Notes under the pieces: generated by a model | What the model was told of the DNA's origin: nothing | Seen by the model: only the letters and a program-made list of their open reading frames with translations | Database searches by the model: none | Shown here: one piece after another, positions 1 to 9,590 of the stretch | Position numbering within the stretch: the stretch's first letter is position 1 | How the letters are laid out: every line of letters starts with the position of its first letter | Position numbers and translations under genes: made by a program | From: Dudresnaya verticillata | Lineage: Eukaryota | DNA: 64,000 bases | Assembly: GCA_977862235.1 (NCBI GenBank) | Contig: OZ374559.1 | Span: forward strand, 2,728,001 to 2,792,000 | Direction of reading: 5' to 3'

Positions 1-930
1 CGTCTCGGTCTCCCGTTGTTCGATGGCGGCCTCCCATGCTCCCGCTGCGCAGCTGACACCTGCTCCTCTATCCCTCTGCTCAACCGCTATGGGCACCATG
101 CCACCGTCTGTGGCGCTCTCGAAGGGTCTATCCGTTGCCAACATGGCCTTCGAGACAAATTCGCTGCTTATATTCGTACTGTTGCGCTTCATCATGGCGT
201 CCAACTTCGCCTGGAAGAGCCCGTTGTCGATCCCTCTGACCCCACCCGCGACCCGCTTCGCCTAGACATCTACGTGGACGATCGCAGCTTTTCCCGTAAA
301 GCACAAGCGTTCGATGTCTCTGTTGTGAGTCCTTTGGAGTCCCCATTCACTGCCGGGCAGAACCGGTCGCGTCGTGGTCAGGCCATCCTTGCCCACGAGA
401 GGGCGAAACGTAACTATTACCGCACTGTTTGTGATCAATATGACATTGAGCTACACCCGATGGTCATTGATATATATGGGCGCACCGGTGCTGGCCTCGA
501 CATCGGCGCTCAAGTCTTCGCCAACTTCCTTGCCGAAAAGAAAGGCACTTGCCCGCTTGCTGAGAAACATGCTCTCTTGAATCGTCTTGTCTCGTTTGTT
601 ACTCAGTTTGTCGCCGTCAGCGTCAATCGTCGCAACTTTAATCCTGCAGATTTGCCTCCTATGTAGTGCTTATGAGTATCCAGTAGGGATGCTCTAGCTT
701 CATGCTTTCGTAAAGTGATGTTTACCCCGTTCGAATGACAATACGGGCGTCACTCTAATTGTCTTAAGTCTCTTGGTCTCCAATGTGTTCCTCGCAGCGT
801 CGACTGACGCAAGTTGTCCTCCGCTCTTTTGACTGACAGCCTTAGGCTCCCTTATGGGGCTTCCAGCTATTCTTGAGAAAAGTTAATCCTCCCTTTCATC
901 ACTAACGCTTATAATAAAGTGTCATTCTCT
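1..930 (+). mobile_element. 3' part of an RLE-type (CRE-like) non-LTR retrotransposon; ORF ends at 666, 5' end outside the window
   Basis: Frame 16-666 has the CxxC...H..C knuckle (CSRC...HHATVC) and a PD-(D/E)xK-like RLE region (LDIYVD...FDVSVVSP...ERAKRNYY), collinear with the C-terminus of ORF 2611-5616. The 3' UTR has a stem-loop at 844-862 and AATAAA near 913. The right boundary is approximate. Confidence 0.85.
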
Positions 931-1402
931 GGGGATGGAATTTAAATGTCTGGACAGTTTCCTCTCTCGATGACCAGAGCCGGACGGCGGGAGGCAGAGG
1001 ATGGCCTGTTTCTTGGCTAAACATCGGCAGGCTAACTCCAGTCTGAGTCTTGCTGCGGACGCCTAATGCAATTGATGAGCAGCGTCTTCATCGGTTGAGG
1101 GTATGTGTGTGGCGATGTCTTGGAAGGGATCGACAAACGTACTGGACGAAGTTGCGTTTTCTGCTCCTTTGGGAACCCCAGGCTTGTTTTCCTCGCTGTT
1201 TGTCTCTACTTCTTCCCCTCCTTCTAGCGCGACTGTGCGGAGCTCTGCAACTGCGGCTCTGCCGTATTTGCGCCGGCAGCTCGCGGGGGGTTTCTTCGCC
1301 TTTCGTGGTGTTTCTGTCTCTCGTTTTCCCCTTGACCCCGCTTGTTTCCACTCGTTGTTCTTGCCACTGTCGTTTACCCTCTGTCGTGTCATCTTGTTCG
1401 TC

Positions 1403-2611
1403 ATGCCTTCAGCCAATCATACTCGTCGTTCGCTCCAAAATGTCCAACAAGAAGCTTTCGTCTCTCTCACGCATGCCACCGTCGATTTTATTGCACTATC
1501 CGCCTCTTTATTGGATCCCGTGGTCGATCTCGGAAATGAAAATGCCTTAGACACCTTCCTTCTCCAGATCTCTGAACTACCTCGCGTTAAGGCTCTTATC
1601 TCGACATTTCAACACAATCTGCACTTTAAATCTCTTCTTCATGTCTTTCTAAACCTCTCTGGACCTGTCCCTGCTTCTACTACTGGTCCGGCTGTGTCAA
1701 GTGCGGTCCCTCCGTCCACCCCTGTTGAAGCCTGTGTGCCGCGTTCTGCACCGGTTCCTGACTCTGAACCCGGACGTTCTGCTTCAAAATCATATCTTAA
1801 TGCTGTTCGGGCGACTCAGAAGCCTACGCCCGTAGGGCGCTTGCCCCTCCTCGGTCGGAACGGGCTCGATCTACAGTGTATCCCACCTCACGCGGCTCTT
1901 ACGCATAAGTTCGCGGGAAATGTTCGTCGTACTAATCGTCGTCTATTCGGGGGAAATGAAAAACGTGTTGTCCGCGTTTCGACTGCGCAAGAGACCGATA
2001 TCATTGAACATCCAGCTGAATTCCGCCGAGCTATACATCAAGGTGGATTTCCTGGCCCCTGCTCCATCCTTCGCACTACAGATCCTGCGGTTTTTTATGT
2101 CGTCGCTGCAGCCCGTGATCTTGAATCACTACAGCCAGCATATAAGGCATTCACGGATCTGGCGAAACATGCTGACAACTCTATTGTACCGACATTGGAA
2201 TTCTCTGCAATCACGGACCTTCACACCTCCTTAAATACTGTCGATGCAGTTAACTCTGTTTTCCTTCCGTTGCAAAATGAGATTACGCGCCTGGAGACCT
2301 CGGCTAGCAAGTGGGGCCCCGCACCGTATTTTTCTGCTGCTCTCCGCTCCACTCATGCTTTGCTTCAAGAACGTCTTTCTCAGTGGGGTCATGATACCCA
2401 TCCGTTGCCTCAACCCCCTGCAGACTACCCGAATATTGGTGCAAAGCGCCGGAGGGTATATCGTCGCCTATCTTCTCCTGATGCCGACGGTTTCGTCCGT
2501 GTTCTCCCTCGAAATGCTTCTGATGAATCCTCGCCTTCCCCGGATGCGTTACCCGCATCAACTGATCTAGGACAACAATCGACAGACGTCGCAATGATTC
2601 CCAACGCATAA
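1403..2611 (+). CDS. Non-LTR retrotransposon ORF1 (402 aa, no recognisable domain; basic KRRRVYRR patch)
   Basis: First in-frame ATG inside the TSD-defined element. Its TAA (2609-2611) overlaps the ORF2 ATG (2611-2613). Confidence 0.75.
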   Translation: MPSANHTRRSLQNVQQEAFVSLTHATVDFIALSASLLDPVVDLGNENALDTFLLQISELPRVKALISTFQHNLHFKSLLHVFLNLSGPVPASTTGPAVSSAVPPSTPVEACVPRSAPVPDSEPGRSASKSYLNAVRATQKPTPVGRLPLLGRNGLDLQCIPPHAALTHKFAGNVRRTNRRLFGGNEKRVVRVSTAQETDIIEHPAEFRRAIHQGGFPGPCSILRTTDPAVFYVVAAARDLESLQPAYKAFTDLAKHADNSIVPTLEFSAITDLHTSLNTVDAVNSVFLPLQNEITRLETSASKWGPAPYFSAALRSTHALLQERLSQWGHDTHPLPQPPADYPNIGAKRRRVYRRLSSPDADGFVRVLPRNASDESSPSPDALPASTDLGQQSTDVAMIPNA

Positions 2612-5600
2612 TGTCAAATGCACCACTTCAGTTCGACCCTTGTCCTCGACCAGAACTCCTCTTCCCTTTACCGATCCCCACAATTAAGTTTCTGCCAAAT
2701 ACGCTTCGGGCAGACTGGGACAACCTCCTATTTCAATTGTTCTCGTCTTTTGTATCTGCTCATACGCCAAGCGCTCTTGAGGAAAGCCTTTCTCGCATTT
2801 TGGCGGTAGGAAAGCTTGTTATTCGTAAGAACGGAGCGGGCGAACCGCGAAATTCGCATCGTCGCACGCTCACTCGAATGTTGCGCGCACGCATTCGTCT
2901 AGCTCTTCTAGGTCGGTGGCATGATCTATGGGAATCTGCCACTTCTGCTTTCCCATCTCTTCCCACAGCCTCACTTCACATTCCTTCGGATCCGTCCCGG
3001 CGCTGCCGTCAACTATGCTCTGATGGAGCTCTTAGCAAAGCAGCTGCTGCACTCTGCTCTACAACACCTCCGGTACTCCCAAATTCTTCTACCCTCCCTG
3101 CCATGGAGGCGCTTCATCCAGCCCCTGTTGAAGCGGTTCTTCCACATTGCTATTCTTCCCTACCTCCTGCATACGACTTCCCTGAGTCTGATATTCGCCG
3201 GGCCTTGCGGTTTCTCCCGTATCATTCCTCCCCAGGCCCAGATGGCCTTCGTCCCAGTCTTCTAAGACTTCTTGCTCACCCACCTGGCGGTACGGAGCCA
3301 AGTCGCTCTGCCTTAACTGCTCTCACTGCCTTTGTGAACAAATGCGCTGCTGGCCGTCTCCCATCTTCGTTCAGCCCGTGGTTTGCTAGCGCCCTCCTGA
3401 TTGGTATTCCAAAGTCAAAACCAGGATCCCTACGTCCCATAGCTATGGGTTGCATTATTCGGCGTTTTGTATGCCGTCTTCTTGCTCAACGTGCATCCAA
3501 GGATCCTGCTGTGATATCGTATCTACGTCCTTTTCAACTCGCTGTTGGTACCCCAAATGGAGCCGAGGCCATCATTCATTCCCTACGAGCCTTTATTGCA
3601 TCTCATCGTACTGAATCCCTCGTTTTGCTTCGCATCGATGCTAAGAATGCCTTTAATAGCATTGAGCGAGCTCATTTCTTACGGGAAGTTATTTCCCATG
3701 TTCCAGGAATTTCTAAGATGGTTCATTACCTCTATACTGCATCACCTAGACTTCTGTTCGGAGAGTTCACCCTGTTCAGCCATACAGGTACCCAGCAGGG
3801 TGACCCGTTGAGCATGCTTATTTTTTGTATTGCTCTACAACCGCTTCTTTGTGCTGTTGCCTCCAGATTTAGCAGCATTAAGCTTATTACGGCTTATGCC
3901 GACGATTTTTATATCGTGCTTCCCATTTCGTCTGCTGCAGAAGTCCTACATTTTCTCTCCGATCGAGGTTCTTCTTATGGTTTTCATGTGCAGCTTGGTT
4001 CCCATAAGTCTGACGCGTGGTGGCCTCTTCTGCCTCGCCTACGCTCTTCCCCTCTTCGTAATTTACCATGCGATGTTAACCGAAATGCTGCCATTGAGGT
4101 TCTAGGTTCCCCTATTGGGGCTGACAATGCCTGTAAGGCTATCTTGACGAAGAAACTACAGTCCGTGGCTCTACTCTGGGATCGTTTACTTTCTCTCAGT
4201 GACCCTCAACTTGTCTTTCACCTTCTACGCTTCTGTGCTGGTGTATCAAAACTATCCTACCTGCTCCGAACTACCCCTCCGCACTTAACCTCTTCCATTG
4301 CCGTGTCCCACGACCTTGGAATGCGACGGGTGTTTGAAGCAACTCATTGTCTCTTAACCGATTCGATTTGGAAGCTCAGTTCTCTACCGCTGCGATCTGG
4401 TGGCCTAGGACTGACTAGAGCTTCCGCTGTGGTGGATCTCAGCTATTTAGCGTCTCTCGGTTCAAGCATGTCTACCATCCGGACAGTTCTTGGTCCTTTT
4501 CCCTTCCCTGCTGACAACACCCTTGGGCCTTCCCTAGGCCGTCTACGCTCTTCTGTTGGCAAACAGTGTCAAGCCCGACTTAATGATGTAACCACGTTCT
4601 TGAATTCTTTCCATGCTACTCCTCATGACTCAAGGTCTCCCGGGTCTGTGCATCATGAGCTTTTTTCTTCTATTAATGCCGTGGTTTTGGCCTCTGTGAC
4701 CCCGTCATCCAACTCTAGTGATGATCTTCGCTGTCGTCTTCGTCTGCAATCTACCTGCACGGCCAGTTCTGCGCGCGCATTTGCCGCTGTACCTTCCTCC
4801 TTCCATGGTACTCGGGTCGAACCTGAAGTTTGGATATCAATGATCCAGCTACGACTTGGACTTCCCATCTTCAGTGGAGATGACCCATGCCCCCGTTGTG
4901 TTGATGGTACCGCTTCTGTTCCCCCTCTTCTTGATGTTTATGGGCATCATGCTACGGTCTGTTCTTCTCGTGAGGGCACGATTCGCCGTCATGATCATCT
5001 TCGGGATCGTTTAAGTGTCTTATTTCAGACTATCGCCCGCCCCCATGGCGTGCGCGTTGAAGTTGAGCATCGTTTCACTTATTCGGATGAGCATGGGCCC
5101 CGTAGCTCTGTCCCCAACGCTGCCCGAACACGTGCTGAACGCATACGTGACGAGCGTCATGCTGCTTCTGGTGGTCCCCCACAGCCTGTTGATCCACGTG
5201 ACCAACTGCGTATGGATATTTTCGTTGATGATCGTGGCTTTGCCCCTCACCCCCATGGATTTGATGTCTCGGTCGTCAGTCCCCATTCTATTCATGGTTC
5301 CACTGGTCGCGTTGCTGGCCAAGCCATTGCAGCTAGCGAACGTGTCAAACGCTCTCATTACCGCCGCGTGTGCGCTAGTTTGGATATGGTTATCCATCCT
5401 ATGGTTGTAGATGTCTATGGCCGTGTTGGATCTGGCTTTGAAGTTGGCGCCCAACGTATTGCTAACTTCATTGCCAGCAAGCGCGGGACCTCTCCGTCTA
5501 CGGAGAAACTTCGCCTCACTACTCGTTTACTCTCTTTAGTTCTCCAATGCGTGGCGGTGAGTGTCAACCGCCGCAAGCTTGCTCCTCCGCCTCTTTATGG

Positions 5601-5616
5601 TAGCTCTGAATCCTAA
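2611..5616 (+). CDS. Non-LTR retrotransposon ORF2: reverse transcriptase + CCHC zinc knuckle + restriction-like endonuclease (1001 aa)
   Basis: RT motifs SPGPDG, LRPIAMG, IDAKNAFNSI, GTQQGDPLS, AYADD and LPLRSGGLG. Then CPRC...HHATVC, RRHDHLRD and MDIFVD...FDVSVVSP...ERVKRSHY. No N-terminal APE domain is visible. Confidence 0.95.
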   Translation: MSNAPLQFDPCPRPELLFPLPIPTIKFLPNTLRADWDNLLFQLFSSFVSAHTPSALEESLSRILAVGKLVIRKNGAGEPRNSHRRTLTRMLRARIRLALLGRWHDLWESATSAFPSLPTASLHIPSDPSRRCRQLCSDGALSKAAAALCSTTPPVLPNSSTLPAMEALHPAPVEAVLPHCYSSLPPAYDFPESDIRRALRFLPYHSSPGPDGLRPSLLRLLAHPPGGTEPSRSALTALTAFVNKCAAGRLPSSFSPWFASALLIGIPKSKPGSLRPIAMGCIIRRFVCRLLAQRASKDPAVISYLRPFQLAVGTPNGAEAIIHSLRAFIASHRTESLVLLRIDAKNAFNSIERAHFLREVISHVPGISKMVHYLYTASPRLLFGEFTLFSHTGTQQGDPLSMLIFCIALQPLLCAVASRFSSIKLITAYADDFYIVLPISSAAEVLHFLSDRGSSYGFHVQLGSHKSDAWWPLLPRLRSSPLRNLPCDVNRNAAIEVLGSPIGADNACKAILTKKLQSVALLWDRLLSLSDPQLVFHLLRFCAGVSKLSYLLRTTPPHLTSSIAVSHDLGMRRVFEATHCLLTDSIWKLSSLPLRSGGLGLTRASAVVDLSYLASLGSSMSTIRTVLGPFPFPADNTLGPSLGRLRSSVGKQCQARLNDVTTFLNSFHATPHDSRSPGSVHHELFSSINAVVLASVTPSSNSSDDLRCRLRLQSTCTASSARAFAAVPSSFHGTRVEPEVWISMIQLRLGLPIFSGDDPCPRCVDGTASVPPLLDVYGHHATVCSSREGTIRRHDHLRDRLSVLFQTIARPHGVRVEVEHRFTYSDEHGPRSSVPNAARTRAERIRDERHAASGGPPQPVDPRDQLRMDIFVDDRGFAPHPHGFDVSVVSPHSIHGSTGRVAGQAIAASERVKRSHYRRVCASLDMVIHPMVVDVYGRVGSGFEVGAQRIANFIASKRGTSPSTEKLRLTTRLLSLVLQCVAVSVNRRKLAPPPLYGSSES

Positions 5617-5670
5617 GCCCCCTTAAGGGGCTTCTCTCTTGTTGTTTAATAAAGGTCTCTCTCTCTCTTG

Positions 5671-5770
5671 GAAGGGGAACCATGTTGCAATGGCGAGCAA
5701 AGACCAAGAAAAAGACTTTAGAAGGGGAACCTTGTTGCAATCGCGAGCAAAGACCAAGAACAAGACTTTA
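5671..5770. repeat. Two imperfect tandem copies of a 50-bp unit
   Basis: gaaggggaacc(a/t)tgttgcaat(g/c)gcgagcaaagaccaagaa(a/c)aagacttta at 5671-5720 and 5721-5770. Confidence 0.85.
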
Positions 5771-6020
5771 GAGTTCCGATGCAGATGCCTCTATCAGACA
5801 GGACTTCTTTACTCAACCAGCTTGATTAAATATTAACTCAACGAGTCAAATAACTTCAGGAGAAGTAAACTGACCCTAGCGGTGTATAAGGGCTAAGCGT
5901 CACCTACCAGGAATTCCATCCTAGCACACTCATGATTGTCGACACCTATGGCCGAATTGGCCACGGGTTTGAACTTGGCGTGCGGCGCATTGCAAACTTC
6001 CTTGCCGTGAAGAAGGGCAC

Positions 6021-6402
6021 TGTTATCCCGCTGTGGCACACAGCGGGCACTGTAGTTGACGCAGACAACGTTAGATGGCAGCCAGATCATCTGGTATGAT
6101 AGCAAACCCTTCAGTCAAGATAGGACGCATGATTTGGCGCAATTATGCGACAATAATCGCGGGAAGCTGTTTGCACGCCAGCGCGGCGTGGGCGAGGGCC
6201 GACGGCGGGTTCGAGCGGCTCCCGCCTTGACAGAAGGCCTACATAAACCTGCTCCACTCCAGTCGAGGAGTGGGGGCAACCAGCACGGTGCCCACCAGAC
6301 TTGCCAGCGCCCGAGCGCCTCCTCCCAGATCCCTACAGTGCCAACCGGGCTCCGGTCGCCACAGGGCACGCACGCGATCGCCGCGCCGCACAGTACCCAT
6401 CA
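6021..6402 (+). repeat. Gypsy 5' LTR
   Basis: Direct repeat of 11096-11477; I see two substitutions. Confidence 0.96.
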
Positions 6403-6471
6403 AAGCGCTTTGTTCTTCGAAGAGCACTACTGAGCGACGCGCGTGGTACGGCGGGCACCGCCCAACACAAC

Positions 6472-7281
6472 ATGGCAGGCGCTACTATTTCGTGGATTAC
6501 GGCGCCGCAACTCAAGTCAGTGATGGGAGAGGAGCTTCTCGCGTTCAAGATAAAGTACCGCGCCTACAAGGGCAAAGTCGAGGAGTTCAACCGCTCTCGG
6601 ACACCGGCGCAACGCATACCGCCGGCAGGCCTCAAGTCGTGCATGGATCCCGAGCTACTCACATCGATGATCCTGTGCCAGGCTTTCCCCGGCGTCACTT
6701 CTACCGCAACGCTCACCGACGAGCAAGTGAACACATGGCTGGAGGCGCGTTGCCGTGTCTCACACAAAGACATCGACAACCAGGTGTCCAACACACTGGA
6801 CCGGGTAAAGTTCAAGCCAAAGAGCTCCGACCCCCAAGGTGCCGCACTGCAGTTCTTCACCTCAGTGACAACCGAGCTGCAGAGGAACCGAGCGGCACAG
6901 GTCATCACCGAGGCACCGAAAGCCCTCATCCAACAGCTCGTCCCGAAGTTGGAGCCGCGACTCCTGCGCGACAAGGTCAAGTCGAGCATGAAGTACTGGA
7001 AGGAAGAAGACAAGAGAAGCTTCCACCACTTCCTTGAACAGGTCACCGCGACGTACGTCGACATCGCTACGTACGCAGAAAAAGAAAGCCCTCCGAGCAA
7101 CAACGGAGGCCGGGGCAAAGACATCAACCCGAAGAAGGCTCGAAAAGACAAGAGCGAGCACGGAAACAACAATGACAAAAGCCGAGAAAAGAACCCTAGC
7201 ACCTCCAAGGATGCAGACAGCAGCGACGCTTCGAAGAGGAAGAAGAAACGCAAAAAATCGAGTGGTCAGAGCCGTGCCTGA
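6472..7281 (+). CDS. Gypsy gag-like ORF
   Basis: ATG at 6472 downstream of the 5' LTR; helical and basic composition. A degenerate knuckle (CLNKAFHKHHRVMDC) continues in the pol frame after ~7260. Confidence 0.75.
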   Translation: MAGATISWITAPQLKSVMGEELLAFKIKYRAYKGKVEEFNRSRTPAQRIPPAGLKSCMDPELLTSMILCQAFPGVTSTATLTDEQVNTWLEARCRVSHKDIDNQVSNTLDRVKFKPKSSDPQGAALQFFTSVTTELQRNRAAQVITEAPKALIQQLVPKLEPRLLRDKVKSSMKYWKEEDKRSFHHFLEQVTATYVDIATYAEKESPPSNNGGRGKDINPKKARKDKSEHGNNNDKSREKNPSTSKDADSSDASKRKKKRKKSSGQSRA

Positions 7282-7310
7282 ACAAGGCCTTCCACAAGCA
7301 TCATCGAGTC

Positions 7311-9590
7311 ATGGACTGCGACATGACCAGCCCAGACGAGAAGAAAAGGCTGCTGGATGCGTTCTACGATGAGAAGAAGAAGGCTAAGGTAGCCGCTATC
7401 TCAAGGGGTGCACTTGGAGATGGACGCTGGAAGGCTTTGCTGCACGAATCAGTCGAAGTGATTGCCCTAGGCGACTACGGTGCAGACAAGTCTGCTCTCC
7501 CTAAACGGATCGTGAAGCTGCTCCAGCAGGCTGGCAAGGCTGTGGAGGTTGTGACGTTCGACACACCGATCAACCAATCTCCCGCAGTCGAGCTGAAGCA
7601 AGGTACAATCACCGCGTCTGCGAAGGCTCTTTTCAACATCACTGTCTGCTTGCCATGTGGGCCGCTCCGACTGCGCAAAGTGGAGTTCCTGATCATCGAC
7701 CAAGACATGGATGAGGTCCTGCTAGGACGTCCGCTTCTCAAGTGCCTAGGCTTCAACTTAGAGTCACATTTGCAGAAGGTACGAGACAAGTACGACGAAG
7801 CGGGCATCAGCGATCTCATGAGCCGTACTGAAGACGACTTCGAGGCCTCCAGTAACTCAGCCAAGACCGCAGCGTTCGCCCCATACACCGGCCTGTGGTA
7901 CGACCAGGCTGAGGAAGATCCGATCGAACTGCCGCCCTCTGCAGGGGCCAACATCGGAACAGACAAGGAAGAAGACATCCAGGAAGCATTTAGAAGTATG
8001 CTGACGTCTGCGAAGGACAACGGGATGTCAGCAGAAGGGCTAGCAACAGCTAAACGGATGCTCGACGAGTACAGGGACATCTTCCGGATTAACCTGGGGG
8101 CAGACCCACCGGCCAAGGTGGAGCCGCTCAGGATCAAGCTCAAGCCTAACCACCGACCTGTCAGAGCCAAGCAGCGAAGGTACACTCCCAAACAGCACGC
8201 CTTCATCTCTACAGCCGTTCGTGAGATCAAATCCGTGGGGGCCATTCGTAGCAACTCCCAAGCAAGATGGGCAAGCCCTGCCCTCGCGGTCCCAAAGCCA
8301 GGGTCCGACAAGTTCCGCTTCACAGTAGACCTACGGGCACCCAACCGGGAAACGATCCTAATCGTATCATCTATGCCTGACCTCGACCATATGATACAGA
8401 CAACTGCAGGCAGCAAGTGCTTCGCAAAGCTGGACATGTGCCATGCGTACTGGCAGATCCCGCTTCACGAAGAGTCACAAGAATGCATGTCTATCCAGAC
8501 ACCGCTCGGGGTGCACACTCCCTTTCGCCTCTTACAAGGGCAGACGGACGCCGGAAACCATTTGCAGTGCGTGACATCTCACATCTTTGTCGAGTGCATC
8601 AAGAAGATCATTCAGTGGTTGGACGACTTCCTGCTCGACGCCAAACACGAGAAGGAGCTACTGGAAGCCCTGCTGTTGTTCTTCAAGCAGTGTCTCAAGT
8701 ACAACCTCAAGCTGCATGCCAAGAAGTGCGAACTCTTCGTGAAGGAAGCAAGCTTCTGTGGGCGTGTAATAGATGAGACAGGTGTTCGCTCTAGCCCACG
8801 GGAACTACACACCATCCTGGGCATGCGAAAGCCAGAATTCGCTTCGGACCTCCAACAGTTCTTGTGCGCTACGAACTGGATGCGCAAGAGTATCCCCGAG
8901 TACTCTAAGACAATCGCACCGCTTCACGACCAGATGGAGATTTGCTACGGCAAGGCAAAGAAGCGAACCAAGAAAGCAGTGAAGAACATATCACTGTCTG
9001 CACTATGGGGGGCTACACACAACTCTGCCTTCAGTCAGATTCAATCTCACATAGTCCAGTCAATCAAGCTCGCACATCCTAAGTCAAGCCATATGCTTTG
9101 CCTCTTCACCGACGCCTCCGAGACCCACTGGGCGTCTGTACTAACGCAGATACCACACCAACAGATGGATTTGGACGTCGAGGAGCAGGATCACGAGCCC
9201 TTAGCCTTCCTATCTGGATCCTTTACAGGCGCTGCAGCCAACTGGAGTATAGTAGAGAAGGAAGCATTCTCGGTCGTAGAATCTATGACAAGACTCGACC
9301 ACTTCACAGCGGCAGGTGAGATCTCATTGTTCACGGACCATGCCAACCTGGTGTACATCTTCGACGCGTACGGAAGGAACCCAGGTATGAGCCGGCACAC
9401 AGCGAACAAGCTCATGCGATGGGCGCTCAAGCTGAGCGCCTATCGATACGTCATCGAGCACCTCCCTGGCGAGCAAAACGTATGGGCGGACATACTAACG
9501 CGCTGGGCCGTCAAGCCCAGAGACAGAGTGAAGTCGGTCAAGATAGCCAGTCTGTTCTACGCCCCAATTACTCCCGATACTAACGAATAG
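7311..9590 (+). CDS. Gypsy pol: protease, reverse transcriptase and RNase H, ending in a premature TAG
   Basis: ALGDYGAD (protease); WASPALAVPK, FRFTVDLR, LDMCHAYWQI and WLDD (RT); FTDAS, EKEAF, FTDH and NVWADILTRW (RNase H). The frame is open from ~7260 and reads on past the stop (NE*YDWP). Confidence 0.9.
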   Translation: MDCDMTSPDEKKRLLDAFYDEKKKAKVAAISRGALGDGRWKALLHESVEVIALGDYGADKSALPKRIVKLLQQAGKAVEVVTFDTPINQSPAVELKQGTITASAKALFNITVCLPCGPLRLRKVEFLIIDQDMDEVLLGRPLLKCLGFNLESHLQKVRDKYDEAGISDLMSRTEDDFEASSNSAKTAAFAPYTGLWYDQAEEDPIELPPSAGANIGTDKEEDIQEAFRSMLTSAKDNGMSAEGLATAKRMLDEYRDIFRINLGADPPAKVEPLRIKLKPNHRPVRAKQRRYTPKQHAFISTAVREIKSVGAIRSNSQARWASPALAVPKPGSDKFRFTVDLRAPNRETILIVSSMPDLDHMIQTTAGSKCFAKLDMCHAYWQIPLHEESQECMSIQTPLGVHTPFRLLQGQTDAGNHLQCVTSHIFVECIKKIIQWLDDFLLDAKHEKELLEALLLFFKQCLKYNLKLHAKKCELFVKEASFCGRVIDETGVRSSPRELHTILGMRKPEFASDLQQFLCATNWMRKSIPEYSKTIAPLHDQMEICYGKAKKRTKKAVKNISLSALWGATHNSAFSQIQSHIVQSIKLAHPKSSHMLCLFTDASETHWASVLTQIPHQQMDLDVEEQDHEPLAFLSGSFTGAAANWSIVEKEAFSVVESMTRLDHFTAAGEISLFTDHANLVYIFDAYGRNPGMSRHTANKLMRWALKLSAYRYVIEHLPGEQNVWADILTRWAVKPRDRVKSVKIASLFYAPITPDTNE

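Larger units (their letters stand above)
1129..5665 (+). mobile_element. Full-length two-ORF RLE-type non-LTR retrotransposon with 11-bp target-site duplication
   Basis: TCTTGGAAGGG occurs at 1118-1128 and 5666-5676. Between them lie ORF1, ORF2 (RT, CCHC, RLE) and a ~50-nt 3' UTR with a stem-loop (5615-5633), AATAAA and a (TC)n tail. Confidence 0.88.

Noticed and set aside
1103..1402. Upstream 100 codons of the 502-aa ORF
   Set aside because: They start outside the TSD-defined element boundary (1129). The T/C-rich sequence fits a 5' UTR.
6564..8437. Long antisense ORFs (229 aa, 320 aa) over the Gypsy gag-pol
   Set aside because: Shadow ORFs expected from the codon bias of the sense strand.
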